From positions 16,437 to 80,436 of the forward strand of contig JAFGHI010000025.1 of NCBI GenBank assembly GCA_016930235.1: a stretch of DNA of 64,000 nt, read 5' to 3'. Below the pieces are notes generated by a model that saw nothing but the letters and a program-made list of their open reading frames with translations, had not been told where the DNA came from and made no database searches. The stretch's first letter is position 1; every line of letters begins with the position of its first letter. The stretch is from Candidatus Omnitrophota bacterium (GTDB lineage: Bacteria; Omnitrophota; Omnitrophia; Omnitrophales; Aquincolibacteriaceae). This document shows positions 1 through 8,767 of this stretch, piece after piece. The position numbers and the translations under genes are program-made.

Positions 1-730
1 ATTTAGCGTCCGGAAACTGTTCGCTTAACTTCAAAAATGCTTCGGCTAGGAGATGGACTCCCTTTTGTTTAACCAAACGACCCACAAAAAGGATGATCGG
101 CCCCGATGAAATTCCGTGCTTACGCAGCATATCTTCCTTCGAATAATCTTTGCGGGTCCTCCTCGCAAAATCATTGAGAATGATCCCATTATGAAAAATT
201 CTTGTCCGCTCTACTGCCGCAGGAAACCGTCGGCAAATTTCATCAACGATAAACTGGCTAACACCGGTAATGGTATCGCACATGCGGATATTCTTGTCCG
301 TCCATACTTGACCACAACTCAAACTGCTTAGTTGGTGAATACTCAAGATAATGCCCACCTTGGGTAATGCCTTTCGAATATGCGGCACATAATGCATCCG
401 CGACATCACATTGACGATATCGGGATTGATCTTTTTAATTTGCGCAGCCGCCCATTTACCATAAAAGCATTCAAACCAAGGCGAAGCACTACGCTTAAAA
501 GGCAGTTTATAGGTACCTAACAAAACTTTCTCAATCCACGATCTTTTGTGGCGGATATAAGTAACATGGCCTTTGCATTCACGTCGCGGAAGCTCCGGGT
601 CACTAATCCCCAAAACATAAACCTCGTGTTCGGAAAGCTGGGTGGTCATCTCATGAATGATATTTTCAATAGCGCCTCCACGGATCGGAGGGACCGGAAA
701 TATTTCAGGGGCGAGAATCACAATCTTCAT
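1..730 (-). CDS. Glycosyltransferase family 4 (group 1), C-terminally truncated by the window edge
   Basis: Reverse-strand ATG at 730-728 (ATGA overlap with the downstream gene stop) opens a frame reading MKIVILAPEIFPVPPIRGGAIENIIHEMTTQLSEHEVYVLG..., which is typical of the GT4 N-terminal domain. The frame is open to position 1. It is not in the ORF track because it has no stop inside the window. Confidence 0.7.
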   Translation of the reverse strand, partial: MKIVILAPEIFPVPPIRGGAIENIIHEMTTQLSEHEVYVLGISDPELPRRECKGHVTYIRHKRSWIEKVLLGTYKLPFKRSASPWFECFYGKWAAAQIKKINPDIVNVMSRMHYVPHIRKALPKVGIILSIHQLSSLSCGQVWTDKNIRMCDTITGVSQFIVDEICRRFPAAVERTRIFHNGIILNDFARRTRKDYSKEDMLRKHGISSGPIILFVGRLVKQKGVHLLAEAFLKLSEQFPDAK

Positions 731-1695
731 GATACCCGCCTCCCCAGGGTTTGAAACAAACAAGCGAGATAAACAAGATAAGGCTTTATCAGATTGATAC
801 CAATCTGAAAAATACCCGAAGATCCCTCTATAAACTGTTTACCGACACACCGATCACGCACAATCGCTTGCTGCACCCTCCTTAATGCCTCATGCGCATC
901 TCCCCGTTTCAAATATTCAATCCCGAGTAAATATTGATAGCGCGTAATATAATTCTCTATAACTTGACGGCGCTTTCTAGATAGACAAGCCTCATAACGT
1001 TGAACGAGGCGATGCTGAAAACGCAAATAACCTTCATAGAGGTTTAATCGATTCGAAGCGGAATCCTCCGCATGACGTCGGACATAACTCACAACTTTAG
1101 GAATAAAAACCACTGGGTATTTCTCAGCGATGCGAAGCCATAAATCGATATCTTGGGCAATTAGAAGCCACGGATCAAACACGCCAACTTGTTCCAAACA
1201 CGATTTCTTAATCGCGGTCGCACATGTGTAAATCGATTGATGATCTCCATTTAATAATTCCTCGAAGTTCTTAGCCCCTACCGTAGGTTTTATTTCCGCA
1301 TCGGTCGATTGACACTCACGTATAAATTCAACCTGTCCATAAAATAATCCCGCGCCGGGGTTTCTTGATATCGCATCCGCCACGGCTGAAAGCATCTCCG
1401 GATGCCAATAATCGTCAGAGTCTAAAAACACAATATGAGATGCTCTAGCCCTCTCAATGCCGCGATTTCTCGCAATTGATTTTCCAGCATTCTCCTGATA
1501 TAAATAGTGGATCCGATTATCCCGGTATTTTTCCACAATCTCTTTCGTATTGTCCGATGACCCATCATCGACAACAATCAATTCCCAATCCTGTTCGTGT
1601 TGAGCAATAACAGACTCAATAGCCTGCGCAATCAAATCGTAACGGTTATACGTGGGCATAACGATACTAAATTTTGGACTATCGATTTGCGTCAT
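727..1695 (-). CDS. Glycosyltransferase family 2
   Basis: 322 aa. N-terminus FSIVMPTYNRYDLIAQAIESVIAQ...LIVVDDGSSDNT...FLDSDD carries the GT2 DXD signature. Confidence 0.85.
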   Translation of the reverse strand: MTQIDSPKFSIVMPTYNRYDLIAQAIESVIAQHEQDWELIVVDDGSSDNTKEIVEKYRDNRIHYLYQENAGKSIARNRGIERARASHIVFLDSDDYWHPEMLSAVADAISRNPGAGLFYGQVEFIRECQSTDAEIKPTVGAKNFEELLNGDHQSIYTCATAIKKSCLEQVGVFDPWLLIAQDIDLWLRIAEKYPVVFIPKVVSYVRRHAEDSASNRLNLYEGYLRFQHRLVQRYEACLSRKRRQVIENYITRYQYLLGIEYLKRGDAHEALRRVQQAIVRDRCVGKQFIEGSSGIFQIGINLIKPYLVYLACLFQTLGRRVS

Positions 1696-2684
1696 GGCTC
1701 ACTTATCTTCCTCATATTTAATTTTGTTCTTACAAACTCTGCTTTCGATATCCGCTTCCTCAATCGATCCCACATGGCGCCTAAGTAATAATACCTTCGA
1801 AGCCAGTGCCACAACGCATCATCCTTACTGCCTTTCAGAAAGGATTTCAATGCCTCAAAATGGAGTTGTACGAAGAATCGCATCATCCAAATGGGTATTC
1901 CTAAAACAGATTTACTAGATTTGCATCTCTCCTCATATCCGGCATCCGTTCTCATTCCATGATGAAAGAATCGTTTAGCGAAATATTTTTTTGAAAGACT
2001 AGACGAACGAATCTTGTGACGGACCTTCATCCTAGGTTGATAGATCAATTTGCAACCGCAAGATAAGAAAAAACGATAAATTTCATAGTCTTGATTTTTA
2101 TGATTAAGCTCAAATCCACCATATTTCATAAATAATTCCCGTTTATATGCCATATTGGGACCTACAAAAGGTGTCTCCAATGTGTTAGATGCAAACAATT
2201 CATCACCATGATTAACAATCGCCAATTGCCGAATTAAGCTAGCGCCAAGCCATTTAGGTCGTTCACCAATCCATTCTGCTTCTATTGGACCGCCCACACC
2301 ATCTGCCGCTGTCTCTTCAAATGTTCGATAAATATGGGACAACCAATCCTTCGGTATAAGCACGTCATCATCCGTAAGCGCAATATACTTTCCTCGGGAT
2401 TTCTCTATTCCTAAATTAAGGGCATACCCTTTCCCTATCCTGCTTTCATAAAGATATTCGAGCGAGACCGGATAATCGTTAATGAGCGCTTTAACTTTTC
2501 GGTTGGTATCATCATCAGAATTGTTATCGACGATAATGACTTCATAGAAAAACTTGCCTTCTGTAATTTGATCTCGCAAAAAACTCAATACTTCACAGAT
2601 TTCTTTCGACCTATTGCGAGTTGCTATAATCACACTGCAATCGATCACGGCGTTTTGAGCCAGACTGAAACTACCCTCATTCAT
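1692..2684 (-). CDS. Glycosyltransferase family 2
   Basis: 330 aa. CSVIIATRNRSKEICEVLSFL...IIVDNNSDDDT...ALTDDD is a GT2-A fold signature. There is a 4-nt overlap with the downstream gene. Confidence 0.85.
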   Translation of the reverse strand: MNEGSFSLAQNAVIDCSVIIATRNRSKEICEVLSFLRDQITEGKFFYEVIIVDNNSDDDTNRKVKALINDYPVSLEYLYESRIGKGYALNLGIEKSRGKYIALTDDDVLIPKDWLSHIYRTFEETAADGVGGPIEAEWIGERPKWLGASLIRQLAIVNHGDELFASNTLETPFVGPNMAYKRELFMKYGGFELNHKNQDYEIYRFFLSCGCKLIYQPRMKVRHKIRSSSLSKKYFAKRFFHHGMRTDAGYEERCKSSKSVLGIPIWMMRFFVQLHFEALKSFLKGSKDDALWHWLRRYYYLGAMWDRLRKRISKAEFVRTKLNMRKISEP

Positions 2685-2764
2685 TTAACGCTACCGCCTT
2701 TTCGATAAAAGAAACGATGCTTGAATCATATAATCGCTATTCGTATTCTTGCAATCTTACTCAA

Positions 2765-4294
2765 TCACACATGGTCCGATTGTAATTCATTTGAGTATTC
2801 ATATGTCTGTTGAATGTCGTCTTTCTTTTTTGTTTTTGGTTGATGCCTAAACAACATATCAATAATTTCTTGCACCAACGTACGATCGGCCCAATATAAA
2901 GTCAGAAGATAAACACTACCACCAACAGCAGATAAAATGGCTAATTTCAACGCGTAGAGTTCCCGCATAACGTTCATCTGCCCCATACCATACTTCGATA
3001 AAACAATTATGCTCGACATGGCTACGCATGCAATGAAAGTCGATTTAATTCGAATAACGAGTTCTCTCAGTCGGTAATCAACGATTCGTTTTACAAGATA
3101 GAGATTGATGGGTACAAAAATTAACGAAGTCAGAATCATAGCATAAACTGCACCCTCGGCACCCCACACATAGGCGAACCCGATTAAAACAGGCAATCGA
3201 AAAATAACACGGGCCAGATTTAATCGAAATTGATAGTCCGGCTTACCGCATCCCATAAATATTGGCCATGAACTTGCACCTAATGGACTAATGATCTGCA
3301 CAATTCCGAATAATTGCATGAGCGGGATCATCGGCACCCATTTCGCTCCATAAATAGTCAAAACAATCTCCTCTGCCGCCAGAATAATGAAAAAACTGAA
3401 CGGAAATGAAAGGCACGATATGAAACTGACGATTTTTAAAAAGGTCTTTCGAACCGTTGCAAGATTGTTCTGAATCGCAGCATAGGCGGGGAACATCACA
3501 CGGGAAATAAGCTGGGTGAAATGACTGTTAATAAAATTACCGATGTTGGACGCTAACGCAAAATACCCCAGAATAGTCGTCCCCAGCATTTTTCCGACTA
3601 CAATATTGTTCATGTTATCCATCACATAACTCAGAATCGAGAGCCCGACTATAAATTTGCCGAAACTAAATAATTCTTTAGCCGCTTTCTTCTCATATTG
3701 AAATTTGACACGATACCCTGAAGAGAAGAACAGCAAGATGACCATGACCACGCCCTTAATGATATAAGCCCACACCAGACTCCAAATTGTCGGCGATATT
3801 AATGCAAAGGAAATTGCACAAATGGAATTGACAAAAGAACTGGCAAGGCGAATAAACGAAATCGTCCGAAACTTCATCCTTCTTGTTAAAAGCGCCGAAG
3901 GTACTTTCCCAAAACTATTGATGACGAAAATGATACCCAACGCCTGGACCACAACGGTGACTTCAGGATTTCCGAAAAATTTACCGGCTAATGGTGCCAA
4001 CAGCATACACAAACTAAAAACAACAACGCCAAAAAATAAGATAACGGAGAATGCCGTGTGGTTGGCAATGTCACGACTGTCTTTGCGTTGAATGAGCCCT
4101 GAATCGATACCAAAACTCTGGAAGATCCCTAACCCATCAATCAAGATAAACGCCATAGCAAACAACCCAAAAACAGAAGGCTCAAGAATCCTCGCTAGAA
4201 TGGCAAAAGTCACCACCGACGACATCTTTTGAGTTATTTTGACAATCATCATCCACTTCACGCCCGATACAGCTTTTTGCTTAAGACCTTTCAT
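2765..4294 (-). CDS. Wzx-type oligosaccharide flippase (MOP/polysaccharide biosynthesis protein family)
   Basis: 509 aa, about 12-14 predicted hydrophobic helices, Wzx-like length and composition. It sits among GT genes. Confidence 0.75.
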   Translation of the reverse strand: MKGLKQKAVSGVKWMMIVKITQKMSSVVTFAILARILEPSVFGLFAMAFILIDGLGIFQSFGIDSGLIQRKDSRDIANHTAFSVILFFGVVVFSLCMLLAPLAGKFFGNPEVTVVVQALGIIFVINSFGKVPSALLTRRMKFRTISFIRLASSFVNSICAISFALISPTIWSLVWAYIIKGVVMVILLFFSSGYRVKFQYEKKAAKELFSFGKFIVGLSILSYVMDNMNNIVVGKMLGTTILGYFALASNIGNFINSHFTQLISRVMFPAYAAIQNNLATVRKTFLKIVSFISCLSFPFSFFIILAAEEIVLTIYGAKWVPMIPLMQLFGIVQIISPLGASSWPIFMGCGKPDYQFRLNLARVIFRLPVLIGFAYVWGAEGAVYAMILTSLIFVPINLYLVKRIVDYRLRELVIRIKSTFIACVAMSSIIVLSKYGMGQMNVMRELYALKLAILSAVGGSVYLLTLYWADRTLVQEIIDMLFRHQPKTKKKDDIQQTYEYSNELQSDHV

Positions 4295-4446
4295 GCGTTT
4301 AATCCTTTCATAATTCCATCATATTGAATTTATAAAAACCGTTTGTCATAATGCCCAATCACTGTGTCAAATAAACACAAAGTTTCCGCCGGCGGAAAAA
4401 TTCAAAAATATAAAGGCAACCTATACGAAAAAATAAGTTACCCCTT

Positions 4447-5478
4447 TCACCCCACGGTTACGACCTCGCACTGCTTTTTGTCTTCCTCTACAATCGCTGC
4501 TTTCGCCAGATCTCTTGAACCTTGATTGAATCCAACAAGATAAATGACAGCGCCCGTAACAGCCATTAACACCATCAAAGAATAATTGACGATCGAAAAC
4601 AAAAAAGCATTCTCCGGGAGTACCCCTACCAGCCCAAGGAAGTAAACAAATCCATTTTCCCGTATACCGATCCCATTGACTGTGATCGGAAGCATCGTAA
4701 GCGTTACGACCAGCATGGTCATTACCGAGACTGTCGCGAAACTCAAATCGAACCCGAAAGCCTTGGCAACTAAAAAATACCGAAGAAAAACAAACAACTG
4801 CATGACTAATGAAATCAGAAAAGCTTCCAAAATGACCCCATGCTGATTTCGATACGCCCGCAAAGTTTCAACGGCCTTTCCAATAACGGTAATCCTCTTC
4901 CCGAGTTTCTCAATCCACGCGCTTGAACTCATCAACCCATACCCTAAGATCATCGCTCCGATTAATAGAACGCTGAAAAACACCACATTCCCCCTCGATA
5001 TGTTAAAGATCTTCATCAGCGTGCCTGACAGCGATAAACAAATAGCCGCCAAAACCAGTATGGCCACTGTTCCAATGAGCCGGCCAATTAAGACGATGGT
5101 CATCGAACGCGTCTTGCCTACACCGTATTTGGACATCGAGTACGCCCGCACAAAATCACCGCCGATAATCGTCGGTAGAAAGTGACCGAAAAAATAACCG
5201 ATCATGTAACATTTCAGTGTATAGCGATATGGAACCTGAGCTCCGTTCGCGTGAAGAAGCCGCTTCCATCTCAGTGAATGCAAGGCAAACAGTCCCCACA
5301 TGGCAACATAGCCCGCAAAACACCATTCCCAGCGAATACTTTTAAAAACCTCTGTAAGATCCGCCCAATTCAGGTTGCGGATTAAAAACCCAATTAAAAT
5401 CAGGCTTATGCCGAGCTTTAATACCCATGAACGATGCCGAACTTTGTCTATCCACGCTTTTACCCCAGTCAAAATCAT
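4447..5478 (-). CDS. Flippase-like / lysylphosphatidylglycerol-synthase TM-region family (UPF0104) membrane protein
   Basis: 343 aa polytopic membrane protein. The N-terminus has RHRSWVLKLGISLILIGFLI...DL..V; this family is commonly paired with GT2 genes in EPS loci. Confidence 0.6.
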   Translation of the reverse strand: MILTGVKAWIDKVRHRSWVLKLGISLILIGFLIRNLNWADLTEVFKSIRWEWCFAGYVAMWGLFALHSLRWKRLLHANGAQVPYRYTLKCYMIGYFFGHFLPTIIGGDFVRAYSMSKYGVGKTRSMTIVLIGRLIGTVAILVLAAICLSLSGTLMKIFNISRGNVVFFSVLLIGAMILGYGLMSSSAWIEKLGKRITVIGKAVETLRAYRNQHGVILEAFLISLVMQLFVFLRYFLVAKAFGFDLSFATVSVMTMLVVTLTMLPITVNGIGIRENGFVYFLGLVGVLPENAFLFSIVNYSLMVLMAVTGAVIYLVGFNQGSRDLAKAAIVEEDKKQCEVVTVG

Positions 5479-5514
5479 TGATCGGAAACCTTCCTGGACA
5501 AATCCTCTACTTAA

Positions 5515-6327
5515 TCATGTCACCATAAATCCAAAGATAAAAATCGATGCCTGAACTGCGCGCACAAACGCTACGGACTCATGAATCTTAATCCTTTCCC
5601 GCATTTCAACCAAAGCGCTCACAACGGACCATATCGAAAAAACAATTGCGAGTTCAAAAAAGACCGGCTTTAAAAATGCCGGACTCATGAGAAACAAAAG
5701 GAAATCCTGAAACCCTTCAATATGGTGTATCGCCACCCCCAGACGCCCGACCTTTAAAAAAGGCAGTGAATATCCGTAAAGCTTCGAAGAAAAAGGCCAA
5801 AACAAAGGCACACCATAAGCGCTGAACATATCGAGAATCACGTGGGTGGAATAAGCCAAGAAGCTGAGAGCGAAGAGACGTAGCTCCTGTGACTTTTCTC
5901 GTATAAATTTTGAAATTCGAATCTCGAAACTCGAAACAAATCCGAATAAATCAAATCCTAATATCGAAACGGTTCTTTTGGAAGCAAGCCTATTCGCCAA
6001 ACTCCGGCATTTTTTATTATTGCCTTCTTCGGATTTCTGATTTGCTTCGAAATTCGGATTTCGGATTTCGGATTTAAGGCTCTTGACAAAGTGATATCCC
6101 CCTACAATCATGAAGGCTACGATGAAAGCAGCCGCCAGACTATGGGAAGGTCCTCGGTGAAACCGTGCTGCCTGTTGGATGAAAAGCCCGGGGAGAAAAT
6201 CAAAATCGGCTAGAGCGGCGAGCAGGACAAAAAAGAGAAGGTAGGGCCATCTCGTTTTCCGGTCCTTTTGTTTTGCAAAACAATAAACCGAATAACCCGC
6301 AAACGAATGTATCACCGGTAATGGCAT
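5515..6327 (-). CDS. DUF457/YdjM-type membrane-bound metal-dependent hydrolase carrying an in-frame ~190-nt repeat-element insertion
   Basis: HRGPSHSL and YSTHVILDMFSAYGVPLFWP match the YdjM motifs HRGFTHSL and YLSHILADM..GVPLLWP. The protein is 270 aa versus about 190 aa expected for the family. The extra ~63 residues (EIRNPNFEANQ...FIREKSQE) are encoded exactly by the family-1 repeat at 5883-6075. Confidence 0.7.
   Translation of the reverse strand: MPLPVIHSFAGYSVYCFAKQKDRKTRWPYLLFFVLLAALADFDFLPGLFIQQAARFHRGPSHSLAAAFIVAFMIVGGYHFVKSLKSEIRNPNFEANQKSEEGNNKKCRSLANRLASKRTVSILGFDLFGFVSSFEIRISKFIREKSQELRLFALSFLAYSTHVILDMFSAYGVPLFWPFSSKLYGYSLPFLKVGRLGVAIHHIEGFQDFLLFLMSPAFLKPVFFELAIVFSIWSVVSALVEMRERIKIHESVAFVRAVQASIFIFGFMVT
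5883..6075. mobile_element. Family-1 inverted-repeat miniature element, copy A, inserted in-frame inside the DUF457 gene
   Basis: Left arm gaaattcgaatctcgaaactcgaaacaaatccgaata... and right arm ...cttcgaaattcggatttcggatttcggattt are inverted copies of the cgaaat/tcggattt heptamer arrays seen at 6985, 8212, 10845 and 41617. Confidence 0.6.
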
Positions 6328-6333
6328 AGCGCA

Positions 6334-6792
6334 TCATACCCCCCGAAAAGGTTCGTGAGACGATGAACTCGTCCCGCTCAGAACCGGTGATTCGGAGAAA
6401 CGGCGAGACGGCGATTTAATGACCCACTTATCCGCACTTTCTATCATCATGACAATTTGACCCATGATACGATCCGTTTCCTCTTCAAGATGTTCTGCCT
6501 CTTCCTTTGTAATATAATTACATCTCCTTGCGATTTCAGACCATACTTGTGTTTCGCAAGCTTCTGTCTCAGCATCGCTGAGCTTACTTATGAATGCCGC
6601 TTTATACCGGCGCTTCCGCCAAGCTTCTGCCAAGTTTGAACAAACCGACCTCGAAGACCTTTTCATTTGATCCGTCAAAGAATATTTTTCCTCACTCGGA
6701 AATCTCTTCGTTATTCGAAATATTTCCATTGCCATATTCATTGCACGATCATAAACATTAAGCTCTTTATAACTCGATATTATCTTCCCCAT
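6334..6792 (-). CDS. Four-helix-bundle protein (TIGR02436, '23S rRNA intervening-sequence protein' family), copy 1
   Basis: LTDQMKRSSRSVCSNLAEAW matches the family core QLxRAAxSIxxNIAEG, and ETEACETQVWSEIARRCNYI matches the C-terminal helix. About 30 aa C-terminal extension. Its stop is 6 nt from the DUF457 start. Confidence 0.8.
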   Translation of the reverse strand: MGKIISSYKELNVYDRAMNMAMEIFRITKRFPSEEKYSLTDQMKRSSRSVCSNLAEAWRKRRYKAAFISKLSDAETEACETQVWSEIARRCNYITKEEAEHLEEETDRIMGQIVMMIESADKWVIKSPSRRFSESPVLSGTSSSSHEPFRGV

Positions 6793-6799
6793 CTCTTTT

Positions 6800-6960
6800 C
6801 CCGTTGCGCCGCTTCTCCGTCTCTCCGGCTCACCCGCTCTCGTCTCTCGCCCCTTGCCCCTGCTCTTTCACCGGTTCTTCGTTTCGCCTACCCCCGTCTC
6901 GTGTCTCTCGCCCCTTGCACCTGCTCTTGCCCCTGCCCCCTTAGGGAATCATTTCTTGAG
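6800..6960. repeat. CT-rich imperfect tandem direct repeat, two copies about 58 bp apart, core ctctcgccccttgc(c/a)cctgctctt
   Basis: Read directly: ccgctctcgtctctcgccccttgcccctgctctt at about 6832-6866 and ccgtctcgtgtctctcgccccttgcacctgctctt at about 6890-6925. Confidence 0.6.
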
Positions 6961-6984
6961 AACTAAGAACACGACCTCTTATAA

Positions 6985-7170
6985 ATCCGAATCCCGAAAT
7001 CCTAAGCACGAAACAAATTCGAATATCGAAATTCAAACAAAACCAAACTCTTCATTATCTTAAACACACATTGCATTTCTTTGCTTTTTTCTTTGCCGCA
7101 ATGTTTTATATTTATCTTTCTTATTTCTGATTTCGATATTGCTTCGGATTTCGATATTCGTATTTCGAAT
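6985..7170. mobile_element. Family-1 miniature element, copy B (arms plus about 90-bp spacer; internal-deletion derivative)
   Basis: Left arm atccgaatcccgaaatcctaagcacgaaacaaattcgaatatcgaaattcaaacaaaacc and right arm ttatttctgatttcgatattgcttcggatttcgatattcgtatttcgaattt. The spacer reverse complement reads ttgcggcaaagaaaaaagcaaag..., a degraded 4HB start (MAA.KK..). The right end abuts the BY-kinase stop codon at 7171. Confidence 0.6.
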
Positions 7171-8157
7171 TTACAGCCTTTGTTCCGTGTTCTTAGTCCT
7201 TTCTTTCTTCAGCACTGCCTTTTCCCACCAGCCCTGGAACCGCTCTTCCATATCCTTCAAATTAAAGCCGGCCCGCTTAAAATGATAATGAGCACGGTTG
7301 CGGCCCTCATCACTATATTCATCGTAATAGTTGTAATAGCGGTAGTCGGGCGATGAAAACTCCACATTGGTAAGAACATAACCAAGCATCTTGGCCCCGG
7401 CCTGTTTGAATAAAACCTGGGCATGAGAAATGACACTCTTGGGCGTCCTTCCGACCTGGATCACGAATAAAACACCATCCACCTCTTTGCCCAAGATTCC
7501 GGCATCCGCCACGGACATGATCGGAGGCGAATCAATGATGATGTAATCAAAGTGATGACGAAGTTCCCGTATGAAATACTGCAGCTTTGAAGAGCTCACA
7601 AGTTCGGCGGATTTCCGGGTCGCTTCCCCTCTCGGGATAATCACAAGATTCTTTAAGGAATTCTTGCACATAACCTGCTTTGGATTCAAATCCTCACGAA
7701 GCAGCTCAGTCAGTCCCTTCTTCTTGTCACCAAAACCCATATAATCGGAAATGTTCCCGCGTCTCAAGTCGGCATCAATCAAGGCCACTCGCGCTTCGCC
7801 GTTCTCGGCCAGAGAAAGAGCCAAGTTTGTCGCGGTCACCGTCTTCCCCTCTGAGTGAATGGAACTGGAAACGAGAATCACTTGTGCCTGCTGTTTCGTC
7901 AGCTGCGCCTTCAAGGAGGTGCGAAACATCCTGTATTGCTCGGCCAGCATGGAGTCCGGAAACCTTAGCATGATCAACCGACTGTCCGGGTTTGTATTTT
8001 TAATTGTCGTAATCCCACGCTCAAAAGATGAAACATTGTCAACGGCTTCATCTTCATGTGCCGGAAGTCGCAACCCCGGACTGCCATCAGAACCAGCGGC
8101 TTTCGCCTGGTCCCTTTCCTCTTGTAGTTTTTCAAGTGCTTTCGTGTATTTACTCAT
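7171..8157 (-). CDS. BY-family protein tyrosine kinase (CpsD/EpsG-like cytoplasmic ATPase, separate from the co-polymerase)
   Basis: Walker A HSEGKT, Walker A' ALIDADLRRG, Walker B DYIIIDSPP, and a C-terminal tyrosine cluster YRYYNYYDEY. 328 aa. Confidence 0.85.
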   Translation of the reverse strand: MSKYTKALEKLQEERDQAKAAGSDGSPGLRLPAHEDEAVDNVSSFERGITTIKNTNPDSRLIMLRFPDSMLAEQYRMFRTSLKAQLTKQQAQVILVSSSIHSEGKTVTATNLALSLAENGEARVALIDADLRRGNISDYMGFGDKKKGLTELLREDLNPKQVMCKNSLKNLVIIPRGEATRKSAELVSSSKLQYFIRELRHHFDYIIIDSPPIMSVADAGILGKEVDGVLFVIQVGRTPKSVISHAQVLFKQAGAKMLGYVLTNVEFSSPDYRYYNYYDEYSDEGRNRAHYHFKRAGFNLKDMEERFQGWWEKAVLKKERTKNTEQRL

Positions 8158-8211
8158 TTTGGTATGTCTCCTTTATTCCTTTATGATAACTATTTGCTAT
8201 AACTAAACTCG

Positions 8212-8748
8212 TTAAATACGAATCTCGAAACTCGAAATCCGAAACAAATTCGAATATCGAAATACAAATAAAACAAATAACACTAAAACAATACTCGCTT
8301 GTTCCTTCAGATTGACTTTCGTACAATAGAACCGAAAATGTTCATCAATTCCGTCGATTCTTGAATCAATGACTGCACTTCTTTTTCTAAACCGTTCGTA
8401 CAAACGCCCTCCAAAAGTCGAAGCCAATAACGGCTTTCTTTTGCCTCTTTCCTGCAGATCGTGATACGCATGCCAAAATCTTTTTTCCCTAACGACTCGT
8501 TGGCTTCGATATAGTTTGCGCCAACAGAGCCGGAGGCCCTCAATAACTGTCGCATATCATCCTGCACAATCCAGGACTTGTTCGCCTTCGATAATAGATC
8601 GCGCACTTGTACGGCAAATTTATAAGTCCGTTCCTCTAAATCGTATTTCTTTTCTTTTTTATCCGCTGCCATAACGATTTCGTTTTCTCTTTCTTATTTC
8701 GAATTTCGAAATTCCTTCGGATTTCGTGATTCGGATTTCGTATTTTCT
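8212..8748. mobile_element. Family-1 composite element, copy C: inverted heptamer-repeat arms flanking an intact four-helix-bundle gene
   Basis: Left arm 8212-8285 (cgaatctcgaaactcgaaatccgaaacaaattcgaatatcgaaatacaaataaaac) and right arm 8690-8748 (ttatttcgaatttcgaaattccttcggatttcgtgattcggatttcg) are inverted relative to each other and enclose ORF 8307..8672. Confidence 0.6.
8307..8672 (-). CDS. Four-helix-bundle protein (TIGR02436 family), copy 2, carried inside the family-1 element
   Basis: 121 aa. DDMRQLLRASGSVGANYIEANE and KDFGMRITICRKEAKESRYWLRLL match the family's two conserved helices. Confidence 0.85.
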   Translation of the reverse strand: MAADKKEKKYDLEERTYKFAVQVRDLLSKANKSWIVQDDMRQLLRASGSVGANYIEANESLGKKDFGMRITICRKEAKESRYWLRLLEGVCTNGLEKEVQSLIQESTELMNIFGSIVRKSI

Positions 8749-8767
8749 GCTGTTGCGCCTACTTCGG

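Noticed and set aside
6380-6900. Possible inverted repeat flanking 4HB copy 1 (gaaccggtga on both sides)
   Set aside because: The match is only the self-palindromic core accggt plus 2-3 nt, which is below significance.
7081-7356. ORF inside family-1 element copy B
   Set aside because: It is built from the repeat arm and antisense to the BY-kinase gene. It reflects the repeats staying open in several frames and is not a gene.
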